From a virus (taxonomy: Duplodnaviria > Caudoviricetes), in the IMG/VR virus record IMGVR_UViG_3300020045_009706, positions 1 to 57,878 of that record: a stretch of DNA of 57,878 bases. One strand, given 5' to 3'. Positions 46,231 through 56,665 of the stretch are shown in pieces; positions within the stretch are counted from its first letter, which is position 1; each line of letters starts with the position of its first letter. The notes beneath the pieces were generated by a model that had not been told where the DNA came from, ran no database searches, and saw only the letters and a list, made by a program, of their open reading frames with translations. A program made the translations under genes and the position numbers.

Positions 46231-46308
46231 ATAAGAGGGCTTACTCATGGAAGGTCGAGAAACCACTACAAGCCCTCTTGCCTTGTCTGAAAAGACTAAG
46301 GTATTCCT

Positions 46309-46337
46309 ATTATACAACAAACCGTTTTGTATGGCTA
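46309..46337 (-). promoter_or_regulatory. Putative promoter of tRNA cluster
   Basis: TAGCCA-17-TATAAT; one GCCATAC half-site overlaps the -35. Confidence 0.45.
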
Positions 46338-46520
46338 GATGATTTTTGCTGTATTTTGCACACGTAGCAAGAAGTCCAAAATTGATTTTACTATAGCAAT
46401 ATAACCCACATCTTGAAGTGTAGGGTTGTTAGTAATTAAAGCTGTGACAATACCAATTGCTGCTTGAAGAATCGCCAGTTGAACTGTCCTAGACTTATAC
46501 CATTTCTTTGTTTCTTCCAT
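46335..46520 (-). CDS. Putative holin (module B)
   Basis: KKWYKSRT then two TM helices; follows amidase. Confidence 0.65.
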   Translation of the reverse strand: MEETKKWYKSRTVQLAILQAAIGIVTALITNNPTLQDVGYIAIVKSILDFLLRVQNTAKII

Positions 46521-46521
46521 T

Positions 46522-47088
46522 TTATTTTAATGTCTTTATGAATTCTAATACTCGACCAACTTTGCTCTTCGGACAATCAATTTTGACGATAGGATCAGGA
46601 TCAACACAGGCTCTCCGTACCAATTCATCAATAATGGATTTGTTTGTTGAAGGACAATTTGGTTTTGTTGCTTTGATTTGATAATGTCCAATAATGTGAT
46701 CTCGATCAATTGGAATGTTGTGCATCAAAGCTATACTTCTTATAAGAGAAGCTGAGGCACTCAGTTGAGACTCAGGTGCCTTACTCAAATCATGACCTTC
46801 GTGTTCTATCGAAATCGTATATAGATTTGGATTGATGCCTGGTTTATACAATTTGAAAGATGGTGATGAAACTTGTCCATTTGTCCACGCTGTATCTTCG
46901 TCATTTACATATTGATGAATTTCTCCTGTAAGACCGACTCCATAATGGGATGAGACTTGTGAATCAGAGTTTGCAAACCAAGAATCTGTCCCCTTGAGAG
47001 TTCCATCCATAACATGAATAACGATAATCTCAGGCTTCATACTTTTTCGACCGACTGCAAAATTTGGTGTCCATTTTTTTATAATCAT
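46522..47088 (-). CDS. N-acetylmuramoyl-L-alanine amidase endolysin (Amidase_2 type)
   Basis: IVIH, SSHYGV, AW, SIEHEG, IIGH, CP. Confidence 0.9.
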   Translation of the reverse strand: MIIKKWTPNFAVGRKSMKPEIIVIHVMDGTLKGTDSWFANSDSQVSSHYGVGLTGEIHQYVNDEDTAWTNGQVSSPSFKLYKPGINPNLYTISIEHEGHDLSKAPESQLSASASLIRSIALMHNIPIDRDHIIGHYQIKATKPNCPSTNKSIIDELVRRACVDPDPIVKIDCPKSKVGRVLEFIKTLK

Positions 47089-47093
47089 AATTT

Positions 47094-47387
47094 TTATTTC
47101 CTTCCTATAAGTGTGATAATCTGCCTTTGAAGATCAATTATTTGTTTCTGCTGATCGACTTGTTGTTCCTTTATGTCTTTAATGTTTTGCGTAAGATCTT
47201 GAATGTGAGCCTCATGATTTGAATTTATATTGGTTATATCAGCTTTAATCAATGCAAGGTCTTGAACGGCTCCGAAGAATGGTTTGACGATACTAAAGAT
47301 GAATATGAGGATACCTACTATATATTTAACCTCATCTGTAAGAACATTCTTGACAAAGTCTTTCTTTGCCACCTTGCTCTCAGCCAT
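47094..47387 (-). CDS. Membrane-anchored coiled-coil protein of lysis cassette B
   Basis: TM helix then coiled coil. Confidence 0.5.
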   Translation of the reverse strand: MAESKVAKKDFVKNVLTDEVKYIVGILIFIFSIVKPFFGAVQDLALIKADITNINSNHEAHIQDLTQNIKDIKEQQVDQQKQIIDLQRQIITLIGRK

Positions 47388-47388
47388 C

Positions 47389-49047
47389 TTATTTTTTTCT
47401 TAACTTGTCTAATAATGTTGCAGGCTTTTGGTTCAAAAACTGATCCAAAAGTTCGTAGATAGTGTTTTCGGGAATGTCTTTTTCACTCAATTTCTTTAGA
47501 AGTTTGAGATTTCCTTCAAGAGCTTTTTCAATATCTCCATAGTTCATTTGAAAGTTTCCTGCATTCCTATTTGTAAACACACCCTCCAAAAGTCCACGGA
47601 GAGAATGCCCTGATAAGAAGTCGAGACCTTTTCCAAGTTTACGAGATACCTTTTCAAAAAGTCCTCTCTCCTTCAATTTTTGTTTGAATGAATTAACCTT
47701 CTTTTCAAGATCTTCTGTAAGGTCACGTACACGAATAACATCAGTAATTTTCGCATCTATCTCTTCAGAAGATTTATTGCCGAATATTTGTCTAAGTGTT
47801 GTCTTTACACCCTTGCGAGTGTTCTCAGCAGATTGCTTTGTAAGACCCGAAGCAAGTTCTCCATTCGCATTGAAGCCACTGAGTTCCCTTCCATGTCTAC
47901 GAGCAATAGCGTTTATTTCCTTTACAGACAAACCTTCTTTTGAAGCCTTTTCTCTTAGTTTCTTAATTTCAAATTGTCCAACTTGATTATTGGTTTTTGC
48001 ATAGAAATCCTCAAGCTGATCGAGAGCATCTTCAACATAGTTATGTTTTAATTTAGCATCGCCAACAGCCAGAGTTCCTTTGAGATCTTTCAATTTGGTT
48101 TTACGAAAATCAGTTTCAAGAGTGACATCCTGAAGTTGAGTCAGATCATCTACTGTCTTCGTCAACTTCCTATTCAAATCCTTATAGTTTTTTACACCAT
48201 TCATATCAATTCCAGTCAATACTTTCTGACCCACAGCAAGATCCTCAGGCGTACCTTGGAGAATATTACCTGTTAAATTGGAAGCCTTCTTCTCGGTCGC
48301 CCCTACACTTCTATTGATTGCTGTATTCGATTTCTTTGCAAACAAACCTCCAACACCACCAACGCCTCCTCCTAAAACACCTCCTGTAAGACCTCCTGCT
48401 ACTGCTCCCTTGATTGTTCCACCGACATCTTCTCCTTCTTGCAATGCGTTTGTAGCACCTCCAATAGAGCCATAGGTTGCTCCTACTTGTGCTCCTGATT
48501 TGATCTTATCGAGCAATGAGAGTTCTTTTGAGGCAACGGTACGTGCCCCACTGCCTAAAGCACCCCCTGAGAGGGCTTCAAGAGCTGTTCCGCCTGCTTC
48601 TCCGAGTACCTGTCCTGTAGTCTTATTGATAACATCGCCAGTAAAATTCTCAAGTTTAGGCTCTGCTTTTGTATGACTTGCAAGAGCTTCTTCAAGACGA
48701 GAAGTATCTTCACCCCTACTCTTCTTTGTTCTGATAGTATTCATCAGATTGTTTTTAACATCTGTATAGTCCTTCAGTACAGAAGCATATTGCTCTGCAT
48801 TCTTAGGTGCTGCAAGAGCTGCACCTGCTGTGTTACCGAATTTTTGGGTACTTCCAGTAAATAAATTACCGAGAAAACCACCCTTCACTTCAGACTCAGG
48901 TTTTACTTCAGGCGTTGTCGGTGAAGAGACCTGATATTTTTTTCTCAATTCATCAGTTGTAAATTTTCCTCCTGTTGAAGGAGTAGTAGAACCTTGACCG
49001 TACTTTTGTGTAAGTTGTTCTGTTGTTAATTTTTCCATATTAGCCAA
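47389..49047 (-). CDS. Ejection/internal virion protein (module B)
   Basis: Gly-rich hydrophobic stretch; positional equivalent of 2032..5067. Confidence 0.5.
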   Translation of the reverse strand: MANMEKLTTEQLTQKYGQGSTTPSTGGKFTTDELRKKYQVSSPTTPEVKPESEVKGGFLGNLFTGSTQKFGNTAGAALAAPKNAEQYASVLKDYTDVKNNLMNTIRTKKSRGEDTSRLEEALASHTKAEPKLENFTGDVINKTTGQVLGEAGGTALEALSGGALGSGARTVASKELSLLDKIKSGAQVGATYGSIGGATNALQEGEDVGGTIKGAVAGGLTGGVLGGGVGGVGGLFAKKSNTAINRSVGATEKKASNLTGNILQGTPEDLAVGQKVLTGIDMNGVKNYKDLNRKLTKTVDDLTQLQDVTLETDFRKTKLKDLKGTLAVGDAKLKHNYVEDALDQLEDFYAKTNNQVGQFEIKKLREKASKEGLSVKEINAIARRHGRELSGFNANGELASGLTKQSAENTRKGVKTTLRQIFGNKSSEEIDAKITDVIRVRDLTEDLEKKVNSFKQKLKERGLFEKVSRKLGKGLDFLSGHSLRGLLEGVFTNRNAGNFQMNYGDIEKALEGNLKLLKKLSEKDIPENTIYELLDQFLNQKPATLLDKLRKK

Positions 49048-50908
49048 TTTTAGTGCTACTCTCCTTCAGAGCAACAGCCTTTGTAAGATTTGTAATGTCT
49101 ATATTTTTAAGCAAAGTTGCAGGAGAAGCACCAGTTGCAGTAATAATATCTTGAATATATTTTGCCGTATCATTTTCACTTGGAGGAGCATACTTGCTTA
49201 TGAATTGAGCAAGTGTAAGTCCTCTTGATGCATCAAGAGCAATTTGGTCATGTAGTGCTTGAATCCCTGCTTCTGGTGTTTTAAACTTTGCGAATCCACC
49301 CTCCCCTTGCGTCGCTCCTGCTTGACCTGCATATCGCAAATTCCCAGGATTATTGTTTACCTTAGCGAGACGAGAACTTGATGGAATGGAAACTGTCGTA
49401 TTCCCAACGGAGTTAAAAGACTGGTTAGTCGGCTGCCAATATCCATTTTTATACTCATACTCTGTTCGATCAGGTGCTTTCCATACATCTCCATCAGTAG
49501 GAGTTGTAGGGATCGGAGAATTTCCTGTGAGCTTATCCTTCAACTTCTGAAGTTCATTTTTAAAATCTGCATCTGACAAGTTTCGACCAAGAGCACTTGA
49601 TGCTTCTCCAAGTACCTTAAATTCAAAGTCAGAGATTGCACCTGAACCTTTCAATTGTTGACGATTTTCAAGTTTCAAAATTCCCTGCAATTGATTATAG
49701 TAATTCTTTGCAAGTGCTGATTGACCAGACAATCCCCCTGTAAATTGATCCAGTGCTCCTGAAATTCCTGATAGTTTTGGATTTGCTAGAAGCGTATCAA
49801 GAATGCTCAAGACATTTTTACTTGAGTCTGAAAGTTGGTTTGACTTTGCAGTAAGACCTTGTGTAACTGCATCCTTATATTGATCTGGGACATCTCCAAT
49901 TTTGTATGTATTATTTTTAATTGCTTTGATGTACGAATCAATTGTCGGATTTGCACCTTCAACATATGCTCCCGAAGGAGTACCTGTACTACTTCCTCCA
50001 CCTGCAACAACTTTTCCTTCAGCATCATATCGAACCTGATCTTTACCGAGAGTGAATCCTTCTGCAGGTTTTGATGTAATTGCCTTGTATGATCCATCAG
50101 GCTGTTTCTGATAAAGCATCCCATTAACTTCAATCGGCTTATCTTCTTCAAGAAGAGCACCTCGGAATTCAACATTTGCCTTTTCAGCATCTGTAATGGC
50201 TTTATTTTCATCTTGAGCAATACCAATTTCATTCTGTAGTCGCAATGCCTCAGGTTGTGTCTGTCTAAGTAATTTTTCCTGCTCTCCTCTCACCAGAGCT
50301 AATGGGATACCCCTTCCTTGACCTTCTTTAGCTGCAATGCTCTTAGTTTGATTTGCAACATAGTCATTGTAAGCAGTTTTTGCTGCTGATACATTTTTTG
50401 TATTCTTAAGTGAGTCAATATAACTAGTATATGCACTCGTGTAGTTATCCTTAGATGAAGGAGTTGTCGTTGCAGGAGGAGTAGATCCACCTGACGTTGA
50501 TGTACTACCACCAGTAGGAGGAGTGGTGCCTGAAGTTTGATCTTGTGGAACAAAACTCATAGCTGCTTTCGTTTTGTCTCCTAAAATTCCATCAACAACC
50601 AGAGGAGTATATCCTGCAACTCCTTGATTTTTAGAATTCAAATCAGATTGCAATTTCTTTACAACTTCAAAAGAAGATGATGGAGCTGTGGTCTTTGTAG
50701 GAACTGAAGATGTTGCTGAAGGACTCGCAGGACTTGACGTAGGTCTTGTAGCGGTACTGTCTTTTGCATAAGACATATTCGGTGAGCTTGATTTTGTAGG
50801 AACGGGAGCAGGAGTTGACCCTGGCAAGAAATACGAAGGAAGAGAGTTCCCTTTCGGCTTGTAGCCAGAAGTATTTGTTTTTAAGAGATTGTTGATAAAA
50901 TTTTCCAT
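49040..50908 (-). CDS. Ejection protein with C-terminal lysozyme-like domain (module B)
   Basis: Homolog of 5080..6558 plus NNNPGNLR...FAKF.TPEAG...YAPPSENDT..Y. Confidence 0.65.
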   Translation of the reverse strand: MENFINNLLKTNTSGYKPKGNSLPSYFLPGSTPAPVPTKSSSPNMSYAKDSTATRPTSSPASPSATSSVPTKTTAPSSSFEVVKKLQSDLNSKNQGVAGYTPLVVDGILGDKTKAAMSFVPQDQTSGTTPPTGGSTSTSGGSTPPATTTPSSKDNYTSAYTSYIDSLKNTKNVSAAKTAYNDYVANQTKSIAAKEGQGRGIPLALVRGEQEKLLRQTQPEALRLQNEIGIAQDENKAITDAEKANVEFRGALLEEDKPIEVNGMLYQKQPDGSYKAITSKPAEGFTLGKDQVRYDAEGKVVAGGGSSTGTPSGAYVEGANPTIDSYIKAIKNNTYKIGDVPDQYKDAVTQGLTAKSNQLSDSSKNVLSILDTLLANPKLSGISGALDQFTGGLSGQSALAKNYYNQLQGILKLENRQQLKGSGAISDFEFKVLGEASSALGRNLSDADFKNELQKLKDKLTGNSPIPTTPTDGDVWKAPDRTEYEYKNGYWQPTNQSFNSVGNTTVSIPSSSRLAKVNNNPGNLRYAGQAGATQGEGGFAKFKTPEAGIQALHDQIALDASRGLTLAQFISKYAPPSENDTAKYIQDIITATGASPATLLKNIDITNLTKAVALKESSTKIG

Positions 50909-50931
50909 ATATATTGCAGATTACTAATAAT

Positions 50932-51915
50932 TTAATTGAATCCTGATGCGAGCTGATAAGGGAAATAGTACGGAGCTTGCATAATTGTTGTTGACTCTGA
51001 TCCAAAGGGAGGAATATACGCTCCTTCTTCTGTTTCTCCTTCATTATCAAGCATCTGTTGTATGAGACCTCCATAATCATCCCTGTATCCTGCTTCCATT
51101 CCACCGTCATACATCATCCAGTATGTCTTTGCTTGAGCGAGATCTTTCTGTTTTTGCCAATAAAGAGCAGCAGATCGGTAAATAATAGCAGGTTGATATG
51201 CACTTGGAACAATCGGAACTTGTCCAATTACACATGCAGCCGTTCCTGCTACAATGCTTGTTCCTTCATATGGCTTAGTTAGTGTAACCTGAGTTGCTGA
51301 TGTATATGAACCAATTTCATAAAACATCCCGTCTCCTCCGTTAGCTGCCGTCGTTTCCGTTATTTGTATGTACCTTCCGACCATATCCAATGTCATTCCT
51401 CCACTCATTACAAGTGCTGTACCTCCATTTGCAATACTCGTTACAGTTAGATTTGTAACATCAGCGATAGTCAGAGGTTTTAACTGAAGTCTTCCTCTTA
51501 AAGTTATCAAAATTCCTGAGGTAGATGGGATCGGCTGTACTTTAAAAGAAGTATTTTCAACATATATATAATATGGAACATCTCCAGTACCCAAACGGTA
51601 TTGAAGAATACGCTTCCATTTTGTAGGGTCAAAAACCATTTCTGGTGCATAAATTGTGTCAGAAGAAACTCCTGATCCACTGTAGAAATACAAATCAATC
51701 AATTTTCGATATTTGTTTGGTATCTGGTACGTCTGTTGATTGGCTACTGTATACATATCTGAAGTAGACTCCAAGAAGCGGAGTTTCCCACCCTGAAGAT
51801 TGCAGATCGTATTGATGGAGTCATTGATAAATTCATCACCAAGTGTCAAAGCACCAGTTGAGGTATCTTTTGTTATGTTTCCGTAAAGGTTTCTTAATTG
51901 TGTAAATGTCTTCAT
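50932..51915 (-). CDS. Head-tail adaptor / tail connector (module B)
   Basis: Homolog of 6577..7563. Confidence 0.55.
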   Translation of the reverse strand: MKTFTQLRNLYGNITKDTSTGALTLGDEFINDSINTICNLQGGKLRFLESTSDMYTVANQQTYQIPNKYRKLIDLYFYSGSGVSSDTIYAPEMVFDPTKWKRILQYRLGTGDVPYYIYVENTSFKVQPIPSTSGILITLRGRLQLKPLTIADVTNLTVTSIANGGTALVMSGGMTLDMVGRYIQITETTAANGGDGMFYEIGSYTSATQVTLTKPYEGTSIVAGTAACVIGQVPIVPSAYQPAIIYRSAALYWQKQKDLAQAKTYWMMYDGGMEAGYRDDYGGLIQQMLDNEGETEEGAYIPPFGSESTTIMQAPYYFPYQLASGFN

Positions 51916-51919
51916 GATT

Positions 51920-53488
51920 TTAAATTGTTATCTCACTAAATTCGACTATGATTGATTCGATCAATGGGCATTTTGTATTGATGATTCCTGGTATCCACAA
52001 GACCTCAAAACTAAGGCTCGTAAAATCTCCAAGTGGAGAATTATCATCATTCAGGTATCTTATTTCCTGTTCTCCTACAACTGCAACAGAGTTTATGATC
52101 GTAGCGGATGTCGCCTTGTCTTTGATTGAAGCTATGGTTATTTGACTTCCTGTAGCATCTGTTGTGGCTTCCATAAATTTGAATGTGACACTCTCTATTC
52201 TCCCCTTCATGCGTTCATTGGTAAAAGGGTACGCAACATCTGTATTGAGAGTCGCACCAGAAGCAAATGTGCCTACACGTGCAAATACCAATCCAACACC
52301 AGTGCCTGTGCCAGAGCTGAAAATTACATTTAAAGTAGAACTGAATATCTTACACATTCCACTACTATTGTTCGGTCCACCAAAAGGACTATTTAATATA
52401 TAATTTTCAGTTTTTGGAATTTTTGCGTAGGTGTATACCTTTCCTCCTGAATTCCAAATAATATCGTCATTGATAATATCGACACCACCTCGACACGGAG
52501 TAGAACCAGACTGATATGAAGTCAACACACTAAATTGTGCCCCATTCAACACTTGTACTTTGTTCAAATTAGGCTCAGATATTCCCTGTCTTCCTTGGGT
52601 AAATGCAGCAAGCGTTCCTCGCCAGTTGACCAATTCGCTTATGTAGTTGTCATTGAGATTGTAAATGTATGTCGGATCAAGAGAGAGATAATCCCATGTA
52701 TAGACCTTGGCTTGTCCAAGATTGAATGTAGATCCTGTTTGAGAACTCGTATAATATGCACCAATTCCCAACTTGAAATCATTTGTTTTTGCAAAACAAG
52801 TTATAGTCCACCCTTGAGGAAGAGTGAGGACTGCAGGGTAAAATGTACCATCTGCTCCTGTAGAGCCGTCAAAGGCATGGACGAAGTTTCTGTCTCCGAT
52901 ATAGAGAATGTCATCATCACCGACTATCATAGGATGAGGAGCATCTTTTCCACCTGTAAGATACGGTGAAGCAAGTGGAGAAGCAGGAACACTAGACATG
53001 AAGTCGTCATCGAAAGAATCTGATCCATAGTTGTATATCCCTACATTCCAGTCAGTACCATCTCTAAATGAGAAGAAGGCTAACAATGTGGATGTGGAAG
53101 AAATATTTGCATAATAATTTACAATGTCACTTCCCACATATGTAGCATGACCATCACTTATCGTATGTGGGAATGGTGATGTTGTGCTGACTACGACAGT
53201 TCCTGATAGAGTTCCCAGTTTCTGTACTTTCCCATCTGCTGTAATACAATAGGCATTTGCTCCATTTACTACACCATTTAGAATGGTTCCTGTGACGCTA
53301 GATTGATTGGTTGCATCTACAGGATCGAATCCTGGTCCGATATATCCAAATGCTCTAAATGGGTCGATTCTTTGAGCACCTGCTACCACATGACCTTTTT
53401 TGTTGTAAACAGTAGCCGAAGTCTGGTCAAAGCCTCCGAGCCAATCTTCTGCACTCCATATTATTTTGTTTTTTTGTATTGTTGACAT
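51920..53488 (-). CDS. Tail nozzle/stabilisation-type protein (module B)
   Basis: Beta-rich; PHPM/PHMM and AKVYTWD/AKIYQWD echo 7573..9375. Confidence 0.5.
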   Translation of the reverse strand: MSTIQKNKIIWSAEDWLGGFDQTSATVYNKKGHVVAGAQRIDPFRAFGYIGPGFDPVDATNQSSVTGTILNGVVNGANAYCITADGKVQKLGTLSGTVVVSTTSPFPHTISDGHATYVGSDIVNYYANISSTSTLLAFFSFRDGTDWNVGIYNYGSDSFDDDFMSSVPASPLASPYLTGGKDAPHPMIVGDDDILYIGDRNFVHAFDGSTGADGTFYPAVLTLPQGWTITCFAKTNDFKLGIGAYYTSSQTGSTFNLGQAKVYTWDYLSLDPTYIYNLNDNYISELVNWRGTLAAFTQGRQGISEPNLNKVQVLNGAQFSVLTSYQSGSTPCRGGVDIINDDIIWNSGGKVYTYAKIPKTENYILNSPFGGPNNSSGMCKIFSSTLNVIFSSGTGTGVGLVFARVGTFASGATLNTDVAYPFTNERMKGRIESVTFKFMEATTDATGSQITIASIKDKATSATIINSVAVVGEQEIRYLNDDNSPLGDFTSLSFEVLWIPGIINTKCPLIESIIVEFSEITI

Positions 53489-53491
53489 ATT

Positions 53492-53938
53492 TTATTTATA
53501 TTCTCCTCTACCAAGAAATTTGAAATATAAAGTGACTTGCACATCCTTTAAATCAGTCAGAACCCCCGTACTTTTTAATGCCAGTCGTTCATTTTCTTTC
53601 AATTGTCGAGCATTGCTTAATTTCATCCCTTCTTTATTTACAACCGTATTTGCAGTTGATTTTAAACTGAACGTGGTTGCGAGAACTGAAATCCCTGCTC
53701 CTTTTGCAGTTGTTCCAACAAGTTTTTCAACATCTAGTGTTACAGCTCCTGCATTTGTGGCAGCAGTACCATGAACTTCAGCTACTCTCATAATTTCACA
53801 AGGATATCGAGCTATAAAAAACATGCCGTAATTGGCTGCAGTCTGAGGCTGAATATCTACAAGATTGACAGTTACATAGAAACCATCTTTTTCTTGTATT
53901 GTGTCGTTATATACTTCTTGTTCAGGTGTGTAATCCAT
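53492..53938 (-). CDS. Small tail protein
   Basis: Between fibre and nozzle. Confidence 0.5.
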   Translation of the reverse strand: MDYTPEQEVYNDTIQEKDGFYVTVNLVDIQPQTAANYGMFFIARYPCEIMRVAEVHGTAATNAGAVTLDVEKLVGTTAKGAGISVLATTFSLKSTANTVVNKEGMKLSNARQLKENERLALKSTGVLTDLKDVQVTLYFKFLGRGEYK

Positions 53939-53941
53939 AAA

Positions 53942-55504
53942 TTAAAAGTTATTTCCATATACATACAATTTTGTACCGATTGACATTTCCTTACCACTAG
54001 TTGTAGAAAAAGCAATAGCTGTCACATCCGTTGTACTTACATAATCTCCAACGAACTCACATCGAGAGTTACCGCTAGCTGCAGATGTGAAAGCTGTTAC
54101 TGTGCTTCCAATCACGCTCTTATTTACACCTGATAGATTCTGAATAATTCCTTCTATGATAATCATATTTTTCAAGTTAGGACCTGAAACATATGCACGT
54201 ATATTATTTCGAGATGTACCAGCATTATCTGCTGCTCCATTTGTTGAAGAACGGTCAGCATAAATAGCAGAAGTATCGCCATTTATCGTTAAACGTATAT
54301 CATCGTCAGCAGCAATACTTGGAATCATAAGAATAAATTTAATTATTTCTTTTGTTGTGAATGTACCAGAAGAGATGGTAATATTTGAACTCCCTGTAAT
54401 CGAAGTCGATGCAAGTTGAGTAAAAACTCCACCTGATGCCGGCACAGCAAATGTTCCATCTCCTCGAAGAAACGTTGTCGTATTGTTTGGTGGCGTTGGT
54501 ACTCCTCCACCAACCGTTGAAGTCATAGTTGCGACGCTTCCCGTAGCGATAGGTGTAGAGAAAGTTTGAACTCCTGTAAATGTCTGAGCTGCATCAGTTC
54601 GAGCAATTGTTGCCGAAGTTGTTGGGAAAGTCATTACTGTGGAGTCCGTGCCTGCAAGTGTAATCGTATTTGAGACTGTAAGTGTCTTAGATGCAGCAAT
54701 AGCAAGAACAAAGGCATCTCCACCTGCAAGAGTCCCACTATTTGAGACAGTGAGAGTTTTTCCATCTGTTCCTGCTAAAGTGAGTGTACTATTTGCCGTC
54801 AATGTTTTTGCTGCTGCAATCGTTAGAACTCCACTGCCTGCAGTCCAAGTGTTTCCGTTATATGTTTTATTTGTGAGCGACTGTGTGCCATCAATCGTGA
54901 CCACAGAAGTTGATGTGTTTGTTGGAGTTGTAATTTTAAGTGTTCCTGTACCAAGAGTAAGGATACCTGAAGTATGAGCGAGCACAACATTGCTTGATGC
55001 CCAGTTCATTACAAATCCGCTATCCATCAAAAGGCTTGTAAGGAGACTAGGTGAAGTCTGCATTACGACCACTGTTCCTGTTCCTGTAAGAGTATATTCT
55101 CCCAAAATTCCTGCATTATTGTACAAGATTCGAGTGGTAGTACCATTTGTTATTGTAGTAGTTCCTACAATCAATCCTGAGTTTACAGTGGCATATTCTA
55201 CGGCTGTCTCTCCTGCATTTACACGAAGGAATTTTAGAGAATTACCTGCCAGTGTTGCAATCGGCTGTAAAGGTGTTGACAACGCAACTGTTCCTGTTGT
55301 AGTAATAGGATTAGGAGTAAGCTCTATTCCTACTCCTTGTGAAATAGAGGTGACAGTTCCTGCTCCAATTCCTGTTGCTGAAATAAGAAGTCGCTTTGTT
55401 ATAGGATCAACACGCAACATACGAATTTCCATAGCAGCATCATCTGTGACTGCTCCGAGAACTACTATGTGATTTTGATCTCTTTGTAATATTTCGTCTG
55501 CCAT
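53942..55504 (-). CDS. Tail fibre (module B)
   Basis: Shared fibre N-terminus; QSLTNKT and KTLT repeats; C-terminal YVYG. Confidence 0.75.
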   Translation of the reverse strand: MADEILQRDQNHIVVLGAVTDDAAMEIRMLRVDPITKRLLISATGIGAGTVTSISQGVGIELTPNPITTTGTVALSTPLQPIATLAGNSLKFLRVNAGETAVEYATVNSGLIVGTTTITNGTTTRILYNNAGILGEYTLTGTGTVVVMQTSPSLLTSLLMDSGFVMNWASSNVVLAHTSGILTLGTGTLKITTPTNTSTSVVTIDGTQSLTNKTYNGNTWTAGSGVLTIAAAKTLTANSTLTLAGTDGKTLTVSNSGTLAGGDAFVLAIAASKTLTVSNTITLAGTDSTVMTFPTTSATIARTDAAQTFTGVQTFSTPIATGSVATMTSTVGGGVPTPPNNTTTFLRGDGTFAVPASGGVFTQLASTSITGSSNITISSGTFTTKEIIKFILMIPSIAADDDIRLTINGDTSAIYADRSSTNGAADNAGTSRNNIRAYVSGPNLKNMIIIEGIIQNLSGVNKSVIGSTVTAFTSAASGNSRCEFVGDYVSTTDVTAIAFSTTSGKEMSIGTKLYVYGNNF

Positions 55505-55510
55505 ATTTTT

Positions 55511-55795
55511 TTAAATTACTAGTAAGTCGCACAAGATATTTCCATCTGCATCAGTAAGAATTTCTTGTAGACATTGGTTGTCTTCATCCCATCCCATGCA
55601 GACTGTTCGATGATTCTGATCTCTTTTTGCTATCTGTTGAGCATTCCCACTTGAACTTGATGTCTCTGAGATGCCAGCGAGAAGATAATCTGTAGCAGGA
55701 TCAACTCGAAGCATTAAAACATTAGAAGTGTTATCAGGGTCAACTCCTGCTCCAATTGTTGCGTGATTTTCGTCTCGTTTGATGATCTCTGCCAT
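55511..55795 (-). CDS. Small virion protein with two RD(Q/E)N repeats
   Basis: Homolog of 14322..14600. Confidence 0.6.
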   Translation of the reverse strand: MAEIIKRDENHATIGAGVDPDNTSNVLMLRVDPATDYLLAGISETSSSSGNAQQIAKRDQNHRTVCMGWDEDNQCLQEILTDADGNILCDLLVI

Positions 55796-55799
55796 AAAA

Positions 55800-56087
55800 T
55801 TATTTTTGAATTACTACTAAGTGTGCTGTTGCTGCCTCTTCAATAAATTCGACGGTTGTTATTCCTGTTGGAATGACATATATATTGCTTTTGTCAGGAG
55901 AGATGTACTCATCAAAAGATGAAGATGAAGCGGTAGCTCCCCATTTCATAAAGATCCCCTTAAGGGTAGCACTCACAATGATGATGCTTGCTCCTGAAAC
56001 AATTGATACAGAGGTTGAGGTGTCAACGCTTGCATCATATACTGCAGCAAGTGTGGGAGCTTTTGGGTTTGTAAAGTTATTTTCCAT
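55800..56087 (-). CDS. Small virion protein
   Basis: Homolog of 14603..14887. Confidence 0.6.
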   Translation of the reverse strand: MENNFTNPKAPTLAAVYDASVDTSTSVSIVSGASIIIVSATLKGIFMKWGATASSSSFDEYISPDKSNIYVIPTGITTVEFIEEAATAHLVVIQK

Positions 56088-56607
56088 TTTGTTTTTTTTC
56101 TAATATTTTTAATGCCGACCTTATCGAGGCTCTTTGGCTTTCAATGTGTTCATTTTCCTCTTCAATTCTCTTAAAAATTTGGGCAATTGTCTTTTTGTCG
56201 TTTTCAATTTGAGTTTGTTGGACTTTGAGTGCCCGTGCCATGCTTTCAAACTCTTGTTTTTGACGTAAAACTTCTTTATCCCATTCATTACTCCGCAAAC
56301 TAAATTCTGCAAGCAAATCTTGGAATTTTTTATGCCCTTCCGTAAGAAATTCAGTGAAACTTGAAACCATTTGGCAAATTTTGTGTACTTCTTCATAATT
56401 GGTTTGTGTTTGTTCTAATATCCCTTTACTTTCTTCAAGAATGAGACTGATTTTTTCTATAGCTTTCTTCTCTCTATCTTCAAGGTAGACGGTTTCATCC
56501 TCTTGAAGTCGAAAAAGAGTATTTTTTGCCTCACTAATTTTCATATTAGTGTCTGCAATCTCTTTCAGAGTGTCCATCTTCAGTTTCTCTACTTCTTGTA
56601 TGTTCAT
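56077..56607 (-). CDS. Coiled-coil protein
   Basis: Homolog of 14880..15416; start MNIQE by alignment. Confidence 0.6.
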   Translation of the reverse strand: MNIQEVEKLKMDTLKEIADTNMKISEAKNTLFRLQEDETVYLEDREKKAIEKISLILEESKGILEQTQTNYEEVHKICQMVSSFTEFLTEGHKKFQDLLAEFSLRSNEWDKEVLRQKQEFESMARALKVQQTQIENDKKTIAQIFKRIEEENEHIESQRASIRSALKILEKKQNGK

Positions 56608-56608
56608 A

Positions 56609-56654
56609 AAGTCGTGTCGAGGCTTGCACTCGATGTTGTCTGTACACACGACTT
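56609..56654 (-). promoter_or_regulatory. Conserved structured RNA element (copy B)
   Basis: Covaries with 15418-15463. Confidence 0.65.
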
Positions 56655-56665
56655 GATTTAAGCCG

